Assembly: GCA_000004695.1 (NCBI GenBank)
Contig: CM000151.3
Location: forward strand, 5,408,001-5,472,000
DNA length: 64,000 bases
Origin: Dictyostelium discoideum
Taxonomy: Eukaryota
Direction of reading: 5' to 3'
The position numbers and the translations under genes are program-made. The notes under the pieces are model-generated. The model made no database searches. It was given only the letters and a program-made list of their open reading frames with translations, and was not told the DNA's origin. This document shows, in pieces, positions 61,988 to 64,000 of the stretch; the stretch's first letter is position 1, and each line of letters starts with the position of its first letter.

Positions 61988-64000
61988 TAGAATTATATAA
62001 AGAAAATAAAAAAAATAAAAAAAAAATAATACTTACTTTATAAAAATTAAAAAATGATAAATCTTGAAAATTAATTTTATCTAAAGATAATAAATTTGAA
62101 AAGATTGATGGTATATAATTTGAAGTTAAAGTAAATGGTCTAATATAATTTGATAATCTTTTGGAGAGATTAATTTTCATTAAATTTCTAAACTTTTTTG
62201 ATTTAACACTGATTGGACCAACTGAAATATCACTAACACTATCACCAAAAAGTATTACATGATCAGCTAAATTTAAAGCACATAAAGTTTTTGGTTCTAC
62301 CTCTTGATGTGAATTATCAACGATTACCCATTTAATATCTAAATTTCTAATTAAATCATTTGTTGCATCGGTTGATGTACAAAAAACTATATTTGAATTA
62401 TTAATATTATTTAAATCAATAATTGTTGAACAATTTGAAAATTGAAATATATTTGATTGATTATTATTATTATTATTATTATTATTATTTTTATTATTTA
62501 ATTTATAAAATTGATTTTTAAAAAATCTAATCATTTTAAAACTATTACTAAAATCCAAATCTAAAAATGTTTTACATGATGAATCCTTTTGAAATATAAT
62601 AAAAAAAATTATTTGTTAAGATTAATAATTATTTCTTTTTTAAAAATAAAAAAAAAAAAAAAATACATACTAAACTAAAATCATTTGGACCACAAATTAA
62701 AATTCTATTTGTTAATTTTAAATTTTGAATTGAAAATTTTGAAATTAAAAATGATAAAGTTGTTTTACCAGAACCAGGTTGACCTTCAATGATGGTTACT
62801 TTATTATATAATGAACTATGAACTGCCATTTCTTGTGAAGAATTTAAAGAGAAACCAGAGTTTGGAAGTTTAGATGGTGAAAATGGTATTAACTCGTTTC
62901 CAACACCAGTTGAAATGATAGATTGACAAGCTGATGGGATTTTTAATGGGGATTTTATATTTGAAAATAATGATACCCCAACCATTAAATCATGATTGAA
63001 TGAATCACGATGAGTAATTTCGACGAAAAAGGGTGTTCTCATCATTATTTTCTCGATTTTTGCTGGAAATTTAATCTTTAACCATTTTTCATCTTTAATA
63101 CCCACCTTTGAAATTATAGAATGAGTTGAAAATGGTGGGTTTCTATCATTACCCAAATAAATACAACAAATAAAGTCACCTTTTGAAATCTTTTCTAAAT
63201 TTAAATTTAATGGTAGTTCAATTGCTCCAACATATTTTCTCTTTTTCTTACTCCAAGAAATCAAAACTGATGATAAAAAAATTGAATTTTCATTTTGTTG
63301 TTGTTGATGATGGATACTATTACCAACATTCTTATAAACTGAATTTAAATCAATCATTGTACTCCAAAATTCAATATAATGATTAAAATTTTCAAATTTT
63401 GATCCAATTTTATAATCTTGAAAAATTTTATTTAAAAATATATCTTGATTCTAATAATAAAAAAGAAAAAAATAAAAAAGTTAATAAATTATAATTTTTT
63501 TTTTTTTATAGATTAAAAAAAAAAAACTTACAAATTTATGAAAACAATTAAAATTTGGTGTTGATTTAATTGAATTTAAAAATGATAATTCTAATTGATT
63601 TGATTGATTATTAAAAAATAATAAAACTTGAATTGAATGTAAAAGTTTTACAAAAATTTTATCATCATTTAAATTTGATAAATTTAATAATAAATGATTC
63701 TTTGGTAATTTAATTTCAACTGAATTATCAAATTGAACAGTTGGTTTAAAGTTTGAAATTGAAATTGTAAATAATTTATTATATTCTTTACACCAAACTT
63801 GTAAATAATCATTTGAAATACCAATTACTAAAACATTTACAACTATTGATGATTTTAATTGAATCAATGATTTAGTTGAAATCTTTTGAAACTTTTTTAA
63901 TGCTATAACTGATTTTTGAAATTTTTCATTTAAATGTAAAATTAAATTTTCTAAATTTAAAAATTCAATTGGTAAACATTTATTATTATTATTAATATTA
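61261..64000 (-). CDS. SF1 (Upf1/Dna2-like) P-loop helicase-like protein, 5'-partial with the start beyond the window end. Exons approximately join(>64000..63532,63450..62670,62585..61563,61464..61261).
   Basis: Walker A VTIIEGQPGSGKTTLSF, then ILICGPNDFS, then a motif-II region WVIVDNSHQEVEPKTL (Upf1 has ILIDESTQATEPECM) and HVILFGDSVSDISVGP. The C-terminal exon ...RIGLFFIGYANYFQKRERWSLLINHTKS resembles the Upf1 C-terminus (..KQPLWNHLLNYYKE). Three introns have GTAAGT/GTATGT donors, all phase 0. Confidence 0.55.

Overview
This window is eukaryotic nuclear DNA with the hallmarks of Dictyostelium (social amoeba). It is about 75-80% A+T, with long homopolymer A/T tracts in intergenic DNA, short AT-rich introns with GTAAGT/GTATGT donors, and AAT/CAA codon repeats giving poly-Asn/poly-Gln inside genes. 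It is therefore not an operon-type locus, and genes had to be assembled across introns by hand. Supported content is about 20 protein-coding genes on both strands: a TVP38/TMEM64 membrane protein, AP-3 sigma, propionyl-CoA carboxylase alpha, a Dim1/TXNL4A homolog, a two-RRM protein with an RS/RD-repeat tail, an SRPBCC-fused sterol-type SAM methyltransferase, a four-RRM PTB/hnRNP-L protein, a secreted/GPI-like protein, a ZNF706-like gene with an apparent frameshift, a large VPS9-domain gene whose splice runs in-frame into a DUF726/TMCO4 (yeast Mil1-like) domain, a ~3000-aa USP9X/24/34-type deubiquitinase, LipB octanoyltransferase, a CE2/SGNH esterase, an M49-like metallopeptidase plus a decayed upstream partial copy, a TBC1D8/9-type RabGAP with GRAM and EF-hand domains, a forkhead-like winged-helix protein, a frameshifted three-ORF locus, and a partial SF1 helicase-like gene with a degenerate Walker-B. 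There are three tRNAs: one elongator tRNA-Met(CAT), and two identical tRNA-Glu(UUC) copies that sit in a duplicated ~0.7 kb segment with extra B-box-like motifs. Many (AAT)n/(ATT)n and other microsatellites are present. No transposon ORFs (RT/integrase) and no CRISPR were seen. All coordinates were counted by hand and splice junctions should be treated as +/- a few nt.
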